Assembly (NCBI GenBank): GCA_964458565.1
Contig: CAYWJO010000050.1
Span: 1 to 24,161, forward strand
From: an uncultured archaeon
Lineage (GTDB): Archaea; Asgardarchaeota; Thorarchaeia; Thorarchaeales; Thorarchaeaceae
Length of the DNA stretch: 24,161 nucleotides
Reading direction: 5' to 3'
Shown: in pieces, positions 7,026-15,867 of the stretch
Layout: the number at the start of each line of letters is the position of its first letter
Numbering within the stretch: position 1 is the first letter of the stretch
Made by a program: the position numbers and the translations under genes
Notes under the pieces: model-generated
Database searches by the model: none
What the model saw: only the letters and a program-made list of their open reading frames with translations
Told to the model about the DNA's origin: nothing

Positions 7026-8966
7026 GTGGAGATGAAAGGTATGAAACACTCCAAGTTAATTCTAATTCTGTTTGTTCTAGTGTTTGGTGTAACAGCATCT
7101 GGAACATTCGTGATAAATTACTCATCAATTCATAAGCCTATACGAAACCAAAGTATTGCACAGTATACAGAACATACAGCAATTACTATTCTGAATGACA
7201 CGGATTTTGGATGGCAAGCTGGAAATGAATCATGGCAAGGAGAAGGCTCATCAGACCAGCCATACATAATTGAGGGACTCAACATCACAGCTGATGGTAA
7301 TTGCATACAGATTAGTGATGTTAGAGTTCACTTTATCATTCGCGATTGTCTTTTGACTTCTATCAATCCTGGATCTGGTAATGGGATGGATATCTATAAT
7401 GCAACAAATTTCATCATCGAGGATTCCATGATATCAGAAAATGACTTTGGAGTACATTTGTTGTTATGTCAGAATGTGACTTTCAATAATAACACCATAC
7501 ATAGTAATCTTGATGATGGAATATATATCGAAGAATCCAGCTACTGTACTTTGATTCTCAACCGTATTTACGATAGCTATACAGGTATCTATGGTGAGGA
7601 TTGTAGTTACGTCAATGTTACTGACAACACATTCTACCTGAATGGATATCAGGCGATATATGCTCGAATTGGTACCAACTGGACGATTGTTGAAAACACG
7701 ATTTTTGATAATGACTTTGAGGGTGTATATCTCTGGAATATTGATTATGGAATTATTTCACATAATGAGATATACAACAGCACATACAATGGTATACAGA
7801 TGTATTTCTCTGAAAATTGCACAATTGAAGACAATGTGATTCACGACAATGGTTGGTATGAAGCCCCGATGAATACCGGTTCTGGAGTCTATACAAGAGA
7901 TGCTGAGGGGGTTAGATTGATTGATAATCAGCTCTACAACAATTCTATGCATGGAGCATACATTCGTGATTCAAGTAACAATATAATTGAAGGGAATACT
8001 GTATACAGTAATTATGGATTGTTAGGTGAAGGTTGCGGAATCTACCTCTCCAATGCAGATGAAACGAGTATTATTGATAATATTGCCTATAACAATACCC
8101 AGAACGGAATAACAGGATGGTATGCGGATAATTGTACATACACCAACAACATGGTCTATGATAACACAATGGATGGTTTCGATATATCATACTCGGTGAA
8201 CTGTACACTCGAAACTAACGTAGTATACGATAATGGAGGGTATGGCATCCAGATTGCAAATGGAGACAACAATTTTATGATTGCAAATGATCTGGGTTGG
8301 AATTATCTGGGAAATGCTCTAGATGATGCAGGGGATAATTACTGGAATACCACAGTTGGTAATTATTGGAGCGATTATGAGGGACAACAACTCTATACCA
8401 TTGCAGGTTCCGGTGATGCAATTGATTACCATCCATGGTATAACCTTCTAGTAGGAATTGCAGATGCTCTCTCTTTTGAACAAGGCCAAACTGGCAATAC
8501 TCTGACATGGAATTCATCAGCAGCTAATCCAGGAGTCTATGATGTACTCGATAACGGAGTTTCCTTTGAATCTCAACCATGGGATGGTGCTGCTATTAAC
8601 ATCAATGTTGATGGACTTGATGTAGGATATCATAACGTCACTCTAATAGTGTATCATATTTCTGGTCACTTTATGAGTAGTACAACTTATGTCAATGTCA
8701 CTGCTCCAATCGTCACCACTACTACAACAACCTGTTGGAGCTGTGGAACATGTTCATCTACAACATCATCTAGCATTCCTTCAAGTTCAACTACGTGGAG
8801 CTGTACTTGTTCAACCCCACCAACACCTAGCACTACTTCAACTTCATCAGAATCTACAGCAACACAACCCACAGATGAAGCTGCAATAGTTATGTGGTTA
8901 ACAGTCGGAGGAGTAGGCATTGTTATTATTCTCGTAGTAATAATTGTAGCATCAAGAAGACGCTGA
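7026..8966 (+). CDS. Cell-surface right-handed parallel beta-helix (NosD/CASH-like) protein with Ig-like domain, Ser/Thr stalk and C-terminal membrane anchor
   Basis: N-terminal signal/anchor; GSSDQPYIIEGLNI cap; many 22-23-aa repeats (GIYI..S..CT...N.IY.N); GNYWSDY motif; T/S-rich linker; TM helix ending in RRR. The true start may be ATG 7032 or 7041. Confidence 0.9.
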   Translation: MEMKGMKHSKLILILFVLVFGVTASGTFVINYSSIHKPIRNQSIAQYTEHTAITILNDTDFGWQAGNESWQGEGSSDQPYIIEGLNITADGNCIQISDVRVHFIIRDCLLTSINPGSGNGMDIYNATNFIIEDSMISENDFGVHLLLCQNVTFNNNTIHSNLDDGIYIEESSYCTLILNRIYDSYTGIYGEDCSYVNVTDNTFYLNGYQAIYARIGTNWTIVENTIFDNDFEGVYLWNIDYGIISHNEIYNSTYNGIQMYFSENCTIEDNVIHDNGWYEAPMNTGSGVYTRDAEGVRLIDNQLYNNSMHGAYIRDSSNNIIEGNTVYSNYGLLGEGCGIYLSNADETSIIDNIAYNNTQNGITGWYADNCTYTNNMVYDNTMDGFDISYSVNCTLETNVVYDNGGYGIQIANGDNNFMIANDLGWNYLGNALDDAGDNYWNTTVGNYWSDYEGQQLYTIAGSGDAIDYHPWYNLLVGIADALSFEQGQTGNTLTWNSSAANPGVYDVLDNGVSFESQPWDGAAININVDGLDVGYHNVTLIVYHISGHFMSSTTYVNVTAPIVTTTTTTCWSCGTCSSTTSSSIPSSSTTWSCTCSTPPTPSTTSTSSESTATQPTDEAAIVMWLTVGGVGIVIILVVIIVASRRR

Positions 8967-8979
8967 ATATTTGAACATG

Positions 8980-9024
8980 GATAGATGGTGAGTATAGAGT
9001 TACCATCTATCATTTCATTTTTTT
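8980..9024. terminator. Hairpin terminator between convergent genes
   Basis: Perfect 10-bp inverted repeat GATAGATGGT (8980-8989) / ACCATCTATC (9002-9011), followed by a T-rich tract on the plus strand. Confidence 0.65.
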
Positions 9025-9048
9025 CAATTTACAAAGGTGAGAAAAATT

Positions 9049-9708
9049 TCAGATTCTGTTTTGTAAAAGGCTTATGACCTCATCATCAGGAACATCATAC
9101 CATTTCTCGTAGGCATTTGCTACCGCGAAAGAAAAGCCTCGTTCAATTCGTGGACAGATGATTTCATCGATAACACGTTCTACTCTTTTTACTGAATCAT
9201 AATGTGCTGTTGGTATAGCAACTCTGATAGTCTTTGGTTCGAATTGTCTTACAGATTCGATTGCAGCAAGCATTGTGAAACCCGATGCGAGACCGTCATC
9301 AACAAGAACAATATCCTTTTCCTTAAGATTGATTGACTTCGAGAGACCTTCATAGGCGTGCTGTCTTGATTTAATTTGAAGTTCGGTTTGTTTTCTAACT
9401 CGATCTATGGTGTCAGTGTCTAGTCCCATGCGTTTAACAAGAGATTCGTTTAGAATCATTGTTCCAAGTGAAGTTAATGCTCCAAATCCGGCTTCAGGAT
9501 TGAACGGGATCTGCATCTTCCTGACAATTATAATGTCAAGGGGGGCATTGAGTTGCTTTGCGATTGGAGCAGCCACTTCCACTCCACCATTTGGAATTGC
9601 CAAGACAACAAATCTACCAACCATTCCCTTTTCATTGAAAATCTTAGCAATTACCGTACCTGCTTCGTTCCGGGTTTTATAGCTCCAAGAGTTCTTCATG
9701 ACATTCAT
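9049..9708 (-). CDS. Type I phosphoribosyltransferase (COG1926-like)
   Basis: PRPP-binding motif IVLVDDGLASGFT, with LAIPNGG, IIVRK and PFNPEAGFGA motifs typical of the family. Confidence 0.92.
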   Translation of the reverse strand: MNVMKNSWSYKTRNEAGTVIAKIFNEKGMVGRFVVLAIPNGGVEVAAPIAKQLNAPLDIIIVRKMQIPFNPEAGFGALTSLGTMILNESLVKRMGLDTDTIDRVRKQTELQIKSRQHAYEGLSKSINLKEKDIVLVDDGLASGFTMLAAIESVRQFEPKTIRVAIPTAHYDSVKRVERVIDEIICPRIERGFSFAVANAYEKWYDVPDDEVISLLQNRI

Positions 9709-9797
9709 CTATAATATACATCTTTCACTTAGCAGTTTTCCCATTCTATTGATTCGAAATTCGTGGGGATAATATACTCGCTGTATTGGACTAAGGT

Positions 9798-10109
9798 TTG
9801 AGGCCTGTCATTTTGCCAGATAGTGGAATCACTACATATAGTATCCATAAGCAACGTTTGATTAAGCGGAAGGAGTACATCGATTGCCATTGTGGAAATG
9901 CAATCTTCATCGATGGGAGTTCAAACTCGTCTATTGGTGTAATTAATTTCTATAATAAAACAGCGAAGTGTGAATCAAACATTGGATTCATTCTTGATTT
10001 TGGTAATTTGGGAGGATGGCTTTGTCTTCATTGTGGTTCACGACATCCAAAATCAGAAACAATCTCAGATCTATTCGAGAATTGGTTGAGAGAAGATATT
10101 CACACATGA
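9798..10109 (+). CDS. Small hypothetical protein, putative Zn-binding (DCHCG...WLCLHCG)
   Basis: ORF fills the gap between genes and carries two Cys/His knuckles. Start is uncertain (TTG 9798 or TTG 9858). Confidence 0.5.
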   Translation: MRPVILPDSGITTYSIHKQRLIKRKEYIDCHCGNAIFIDGSSNSSIGVINFYNKTAKCESNIGFILDFGNLGGWLCLHCGSRHPKSETISDLFENWLREDIHT

Positions 10110-10128
10110 TATGGGTCATATCTGAATT

Positions 10129-11202
10129 TTGGATAAATGCTATTACGAACCTCAGCACAGTATAAATTTGGGTTTTCATATGGGAGATTCAAGAGATTGG
10201 CCACTTTATTCCGAGAGGGTTTTCCCCGCAAAGGGGAAACCTGCAAAAATGGGATTGATCGCAATAACTCTAGTAGCATTTGCATTCCTCATGTCGATTC
10301 TAGGGCTTTTCATTGGGGGTCGCTTAGACAGCACCACCATTGATTTCGATTTGTTACTTTCTTCTACAGCCGCAACATTATTCTTTGGAGTATTTGGATG
10401 GGGTGCACTATTCTTGAAGCATGCATACTACGATACAATAAACCATTTGAAATTCAAAGATGAGGATTCAAGAGCAAGGTATCTTGAGAGAGAAACTGTC
10501 TTCTCAGATAAGCATGTAGTAGTAGGAGTTTTCCTCACTTACAGTTTGCTTGGAGTAGCAATGTTGAGTTGGCCACTCTTTTCATCATTCTTTCCTCTGA
10601 CGTTAGAATTACTACCCTTCTTTCTTGCAGTCATAATTTCTATGGGCCTTGTTGGGATATTGGCAGTGGATGCCGTTGGAGCTATTCCAAGTTTACTCAT
10701 TCTCCCAAGAGACCTCAAGGATGATATACAAATCAATATCCTCTTGCCTGATAGGTGCGGTGGAGCAAAGTCAATAGGTGATTTTTATTTTGTATTTACA
10801 CTGTTGGTTGCCGCAATAGGGTCCCTAACTGTGGTCATTGCTAGCTCTTTCGAAATTGAGTTATACGGATATGTACTTGCGGTGTCATTTCTGATTCTAG
10901 CAATCGCAGTTTTCTTGTTCCCGCAAATGTCATTCCGCTCGGTTCTGAAAAAGGAGAAATTGAAGCGTTTAGAGGAAATCGCTGACAGAATAGAACTTCT
11001 CAGCAAACAGAATGAACAAAGTGAAACAGAAGAGGTTATGATTGCATTTATCCAAGTACAATCACTTATCATGTTGTACGGGGAGATTGAGAAGCTCAGA
11101 GAGTTCCCATTTGAGATAGGAACATTTCAAAAGGTCATTTCCACGGCTCTTGTCCCAATCCTGATAGAAATCTTAATCGCACTTCTTCAGTTTCCGTGGT
11201 AG
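10129..11202 (+). CDS. Hypothetical multi-pass membrane protein (about 6-7 TM)
   Basis: Hydrophobic helices, a PDRCGG loop, a charged coiled segment (KKEKLKRLEEI) and an EFPFE motif before a terminal helix. The likely start is the internal ATG (MGDSRDW). Confidence 0.8.
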   Translation: MDKCYYEPQHSINLGFHMGDSRDWPLYSERVFPAKGKPAKMGLIAITLVAFAFLMSILGLFIGGRLDSTTIDFDLLLSSTAATLFFGVFGWGALFLKHAYYDTINHLKFKDEDSRARYLERETVFSDKHVVVGVFLTYSLLGVAMLSWPLFSSFFPLTLELLPFFLAVIISMGLVGILAVDAVGAIPSLLILPRDLKDDIQINILLPDRCGGAKSIGDFYFVFTLLVAAIGSLTVVIASSFEIELYGYVLAVSFLILAIAVFLFPQMSFRSVLKKEKLKRLEEIADRIELLSKQNEQSETEEVMIAFIQVQSLIMLYGEIEKLREFPFEIGTFQKVISTALVPILIEILIALLQFPW

Positions 11203-11248
11203 CTCTCTTTTTTGATACATGATTGAGAGTAACAAGAAAAGAGAATAC

Positions 11249-11272
11249 GAGTCCAAGATTTAGGTTGGACTC
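11249..11272. terminator. Hairpin between convergent genes (possible terminator)
   Basis: 8-bp inverted repeat GAGTCCAA (11249-11256) / TTGGACTC (11265-11272), with T/A tracts nearby. Confidence 0.5.
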
Positions 11273-11286
11273 ACTTCCCAATCAGT

Positions 11287-12459
11287 CTACAAGTCAGCGC
11301 CACAATTCTGACATACTAGAATTCCCTGTTCAGTCTTTGCTCCGCAATATGGACAAATGACTAATACCTTCGGACCTACATGGGTAATCGGAGAAGCTGG
11401 TTGAGCTCCTGCAGCACTAGGTCCAGGACCTGGGGTTATAACCTCGTAGGCACCAGGTGTGGAGGGTGGACTAGGTCTACGGCGAGAACAAACCACAGCA
11501 CCTGCGACAACGATAAGGAGAATTCCACCTATTAGTACAAAGCCCAAGCCACCTAACTCAAATCCTTCTATTACAGAAGAAGAAGTGGGTTCAGGTGTGG
11601 ACTCAGTTGTTGAGGTTGTTGTTGATTCACTCGTCGTACTTGAGGGTTCAGGTGTGGATTCAGAAGTGGTACCAGTCGCAGTAGGAAGGTCTGTATAATC
11701 CATTCCAAGTGAAATTGTTACGGTATCAGCTTGATCAGCCGCTGAAAATACAACATACCATCGTCCATCATATGGAACGGTGAACTCTCCAAAAGTGGTT
11801 ATGTGGTAATTTTCCTTTAGATCGTACCTTATCGGAGTGCCTCCGGTAGTAAAGATGTTGTAGTTCGTCTCATCACAAAAGAAGACATCAATACCATCAG
11901 TTGAAAACCATGTTGACACATGACCGGAGATAGTGGATCCTGTACCATATATTGTTGATAACGAATAATATTCATCAGGTTCTAGAACAATTCCATACTC
12001 CGTGTGATCGTATGTAGTGGGGCTATAAGAGGGACGGTGGTCGCTTACGCTATCTGCACCAACATCAAAAGAAACAGACGATGCACCATAACGGTTAGAA
12101 AATATCGCAGCCCATGTGTCGGAATATGGTATTGTAAAATCAAATTCTGCTGTATGATAATTTACTTTTTGTTCATATACTGTTGCACTTCCTGTACTCT
12201 CCCATAGGGCTAGATTAGCTGAATCGCAGATGAAGAAGTCAAGTCCATCTGTATCGATATGGGTTTCAAAGAAACCACTGAATACAGTACCTGTGGTTAA
12301 ATAACCTCCAATATTCCACCACGAACCAGCAGATATTGTAGTGTTTGTATCCTCTATTTCCCACTCAGCAGCCTTCACCTCATGAGGGGATACAAATAGC
12401 ATAGCTGTCATTAAGCAAAACAAAAGGAAAATAATTCGTTTCTCGCGCATCAAATCCAA
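11287..12459 (-). CDS. Single-pass membrane protein: signal peptide, two tandem beta-sandwich (GOLD/emp24-like) repeats, Thr/Ser stalk, TM, Pro-rich tail, C-terminal zinc ribbon
   Basis: Two aligned repeats (DGLDFFICDSAN...FTIPYSDTW / DGIDVFFCDETN...FTVPYDGRW), STPEP-containing linker, TM followed by RRR, and CPYC...CQNC. Confidence 0.85.
   Translation of the reverse strand: MDLMREKRIIFLLFCLMTAMLFVSPHEVKAAEWEIEDTNTTISAGSWWNIGGYLTTGTVFSGFFETHIDTDGLDFFICDSANLALWESTGSATVYEQKVNYHTAEFDFTIPYSDTWAAIFSNRYGASSVSFDVGADSVSDHRPSYSPTTYDHTEYGIVLEPDEYYSLSTIYGTGSTISGHVSTWFSTDGIDVFFCDETNYNIFTTGGTPIRYDLKENYHITTFGEFTVPYDGRWYVVFSAADQADTVTISLGMDYTDLPTATGTTSESTPEPSSTTSESTTTSTTESTPEPTSSSVIEGFELGGLGFVLIGGILLIVVAGAVVCSRRRPSPPSTPGAYEVITPGPGPSAAGAQPASPITHVGPKVLVICPYCGAKTEQGILVCQNCGADL
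11587..11663. repeat. 20-bp direct repeat in the stalk-coding region (ESTPEP twice)
   Basis: GGGTTCAGGTGTGGACTCAG (11587-11606) and GGGTTCAGGTGTGGATTCAG (11644-11663), 19/20 identical. Confidence 0.85.
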
Positions 12460-12534
12460 ATCTCCGAGTATGTTCAGTCAGACACCTCAACCTAAATGGA
12501 TTTCGCAATATCAGTGTTTTTAGTTAGAATCATG

Positions 12535-12987
12535 TTATAGAGTGACTGACTCTCCTTTGGGTAAATCTGATTCTTCGAAGGGTAATACATCAAGTTGTGT
12601 GATTGAATTTTCAACGATTTGTATATACAAATCTTTATTGAAATCTACTAGCTTGCCTTCTATTGCATTATCAAGGAGGTCAGATAGCAAGGAAAAATCT
12701 GTAGATGTGAACCTATTATTAATAATCCTATTACGTTTTAGAATTCTAAAGAGTACACCATCATCATTCGTATCCTCCTCATCTGAGTAAGCAATCCGCT
12801 TACTTAGATCAGGCGAGAGAACATACCGAAGCATCGTAGAGGATAATGCATCGTAAAGAGCGGCAACACCATCAGCATCCATTCCTCTTGAGAATCTGGT
12901 AAGACCCGCACGTCAATGGAGCCACGCACGGATTAACAACTTTTCATCTGCGGGAATATTCGAATCGATTAGACCAAAGTGGAGCAA
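12535..12987 (-). pseudogene. About 150-codon hypothetical helical protein interrupted by an in-frame TGA (nonsense allele or recoded codon)
   Basis: The 12535-12882 ORF continues upstream in frame as (TTG)LHFGLIDSNIPADEKLLIRAWLH-TGA-RAGLTRFSRG-MDADG. The TGA is at 12913-12915 and GATGAG precedes the TTG at 12987. Confidence 0.6.
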
Positions 12988-13101
12988 AACTCATCGTGTA
13001 TATTAACTATTGTTATTAAATGCATAAGGTTGGTGTTCTTGGCCATCGTTTGAGGATTACTTGGTAGCAAAAGCTAATAACGGGTTCATTAAACCAGCAA
13101 T

Positions 13102-14499
13102 ATGGTGCACTTATTGTTAGAAGCCATGTCAGATGCCATTGAAGAAATCTCTTCAAAAGATGTATCGTTTGCAGATATCAGAAGAGAGAGTCAATCTGGA
13201 AATACTATTATCGTTGTCAACGGGAATCTTAGAGAATTCAAAAACGTGAGCAAAGCTGGAGCAGTAGCTCGTGTGCTTGTTGGAGAGTGCTGGGGGCAAG
13301 CATCAACTACACTTCCTCTTTCAAAAGAACTCTATGAAGAACTTCTTGAAGAGGCATTGAAACGGGCAAGAGCAAGTGCAAAATATTCCCGAAAGAACAT
13401 TGATCTGAGTAACATCCCTTCTCATGTTGATAAAGTGTTTCAAAAGGTAAAGGAAGATCCCACTACAGTACCTTACGAGGAGAAAATCGGTATAGCGCTT
13501 GAGTTGGACAAAGGTCAAAAAATAGATGATAGAGTTGTGAATACGAATGCATATCTGATGGACCAGAAACGAGATTATGCATTGGTTAACACTGTAGGCT
13601 CAAGACTAGAATGGGATGAAATCAGGACCCTATCATATATTATGTCTGTTGCCAAAGAGGGGGAGCAAACACAATTCAATGTCGAGATTGCAGGAGGCTC
13701 AGGGGGTTACGAGATAATTAGGAAAATCAATCCTGAAGAATTTTCAAAATCTTGTGCTAGCGGAGCCGTAGAACTACTGAAAGCAGACAAACCGCCATCA
13801 GGTGAATTGACCGTAATCCTAGATGGAAGCATGTCCGGTCTCATTGCTCACGAGGTATGTGGGCATGCAAGTGAAGCAGATGAGGTTGTAAAGGAAAGGT
13901 CATTTCTGACTGGATTAGTTGGTAAGCAGATAGGCACAGATATAGTTACAATGGTTGATGATGGTACCTTGAAGCAATGGGGAGGAATTCCATTTGACTC
14001 AGAAGGAACTCCCACATCTCGTACAGCCATTATAGAAAATGGAATTTTACAGGGGTATATGCATACACTCGAAACATCTGTTATGATGGGTGTTTCCCCA
14101 ACAGGAAATGGACGTGCACAGGACTACAATAGGCGTATCTTCGCGAGGATGACAAACACCTTTTTCGACAAAGGGGATTGGAAAGATGAAGAAATCATAG
14201 AAGATACGAAAGACGGTTTATACGTGATTAAAATGACCTCGGGTATGGAAGATGTTGTTGGTGGAGGTGTTCAAGCTTCAGCCCTTAAAGGCTACATCAT
14301 CAAGAATGGAGAACGTACCAAGCTAGTGAGGAGCATGACTCTTGCGGGGAAGGTTCTTGAAATATTGAAGACTGTAGATGCTGTTGGAAATACACTTGAA
14401 TTTGATGGAGGGACTTGTGGAAAAGGAGAGGAGGACTTTATACCAGTGTCCTCAGGTGGACCACATCTTAGAGCAAAAATAGTAGTTGGAGGCGGTTAA
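13102..14499 (+). CDS. tldD: TldD metalloprotease (catalytic subunit)
   Basis: HExxxH in AHEVCGHASEAD, FDSEG, TGNGRAQ, RMTNT and C-terminal GTCGK...PVSSGGP. The start may be ATG 13126. Confidence 0.93.
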   Translation: MVHLLLEAMSDAIEEISSKDVSFADIRRESQSGNTIIVVNGNLREFKNVSKAGAVARVLVGECWGQASTTLPLSKELYEELLEEALKRARASAKYSRKNIDLSNIPSHVDKVFQKVKEDPTTVPYEEKIGIALELDKGQKIDDRVVNTNAYLMDQKRDYALVNTVGSRLEWDEIRTLSYIMSVAKEGEQTQFNVEIAGGSGGYEIIRKINPEEFSKSCASGAVELLKADKPPSGELTVILDGSMSGLIAHEVCGHASEADEVVKERSFLTGLVGKQIGTDIVTMVDDGTLKQWGGIPFDSEGTPTSRTAIIENGILQGYMHTLETSVMMGVSPTGNGRAQDYNRRIFARMTNTFFDKGDWKDEEIIEDTKDGLYVIKMTSGMEDVVGGGVQASALKGYIIKNGERTKLVRSMTLAGKVLEILKTVDAVGNTLEFDGGTCGKGEEDFIPVSSGGPHLRAKIVVGGG

Positions 14500-14500
14500 A

Positions 14501-15865
14501 ATGAATATCAGAGAGATTGCAGATAAACTGATCACTCTATCACAGAAAGAGGGAGCAGATCAAGCTGAAACTTATGTTGTTTTAGCAAAGACATCTAGCG
14601 TTTACATAGATGATAATATCCCCAAGATTGCAGATGTTAAGATGGAACTTGGCATCAACGTGAAGTTCATAACAGGTAAGAAAATTGGATTTACTAGCTC
14701 AACATTACTCAATGAAACTCCAGAAGAGGTTGTGATAAGAGCAAAGAAGCTTGCTAGCCTAAGTGAAGAAGACACCAAATTCGTTTCATTACCAGAACCA
14801 CAACAGGTTTCAGGAAATCGTGAGAGGTTCTATGATAAAAAAACTGCAAATGTGTCAAGTGATGAGATACTGGAGAAAGCTATGCTTGTGGTCGATTCAA
14901 CTATATCCAATGGAATAACAGTTCCAAATGGAGTTCTACGGGCAAGCTCTGTGGACTATCAGGTGAAAAATACACAAGGTATTGATACAGGTTCAATGGG
15001 AACACAAGTCTTCGGATACTTTACTGCTAAATCAGATAAGGATGGAGCGGTAGGAGAAGGAGTACAACGATGTTGGTCTCGTGAACTAGGCAACATCGAT
15101 TTTGCAAAGATGGGAACAAAACTACAAGCTCAAGCTCTTGCGGTTCTAAATGCGGAGCCATTCAAAGCAAAGTGGGAGGACATCACTGCAGTTTTAGCTC
15201 CAAGCGAGGGTTGTGAGATGCTGGGAAATCTTGTCGGTTCAGCATGTTCTGCGGAAAATGTTAACAACCGCTCAAGTCCTTGGACTGATCGAGTTGGAGA
15301 TAAGGTCGCTCATGAGAGTTTAACGGTATACGATAATGGACAATCAGAGAATGGACTTTTGAGCGGCATTGTTGATGCGGAAGGATTTCCGACACAGAAG
15401 ACATTGTTAATCGATCATGGCGTCCTACAATCTTACTACTATGATAGCTACAACGGAAATCAGGTTGGTCTAGAGTCCACTGGGAATGGTATACGAAGAG
15501 ATTCTCGAGATGCACATGGTAGCTTCAACAATCTTCCATCCTGTGCGTCATCTACGCTTGAAGTTTCAGCGGGGAAGTATAGTGTCGAGGAATTAATAGG
15601 ACAAATTAAGAAGGGTGTCTACATCGAACATTTCGCTTGGCCTCAAGTTGATGCTATATCAGGTTCATTTTCGAATGAGATCAGAAATGCAAGACTTATC
15701 GAAAATGGAGAATTGACCACACAAATAAAGTATGCATTACTAGTTGGAAATCTCTATGAATCTATACAGAAGGAGATCCTATATGCTAAAGACCTTCAGG
15801 TGAATTCGAAACGATTCATGCCAACTATAGCGTTTTCTGGCATAGAACTTGTCGGTCAGGAGTAG
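14501..15865 (+). CDS. pmbA: TldE/PmbA (non-catalytic partner of TldD)
   Basis: GADQAE N-terminus, DAEG, STGNG and SGSFS motifs; no HExxxH. ATG lies 1 nt after the tldD stop. Confidence 0.9.
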   Translation: MNIREIADKLITLSQKEGADQAETYVVLAKTSSVYIDDNIPKIADVKMELGINVKFITGKKIGFTSSTLLNETPEEVVIRAKKLASLSEEDTKFVSLPEPQQVSGNRERFYDKKTANVSSDEILEKAMLVVDSTISNGITVPNGVLRASSVDYQVKNTQGIDTGSMGTQVFGYFTAKSDKDGAVGEGVQRCWSRELGNIDFAKMGTKLQAQALAVLNAEPFKAKWEDITAVLAPSEGCEMLGNLVGSACSAENVNNRSSPWTDRVGDKVAHESLTVYDNGQSENGLLSGIVDAEGFPTQKTLLIDHGVLQSYYYDSYNGNQVGLESTGNGIRRDSRDAHGSFNNLPSCASSTLEVSAGKYSVEELIGQIKKGVYIEHFAWPQVDAISGSFSNEIRNARLIENGELTTQIKYALLVGNLYESIQKEILYAKDLQVNSKRFMPTIAFSGIELVGQE

Positions 15866-15867
15866 GC

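Noticed and set aside
7300-8340. Periodic sequence that could suggest a CRISPR array or DNA tandem repeat
   Set aside because: The periodicity is at the protein level (beta-helix coils); there are no identical DNA repeats with spacers.
8687-9013. Hydrophobic-looking antisense ORFs opposite Thr/Ser stalks (also 11459-11698)
   Set aside because: Val/Gly-rich translations are the expected reverse complement of Thr/Pro/Ser codons.
12883-13100. Possible tRNA or ncRNA in the apparent gap before tldD
   Set aside because: No cloverleaf or T-loop consensus; most of it is better explained as the 5' part of the TGA-interrupted gene.
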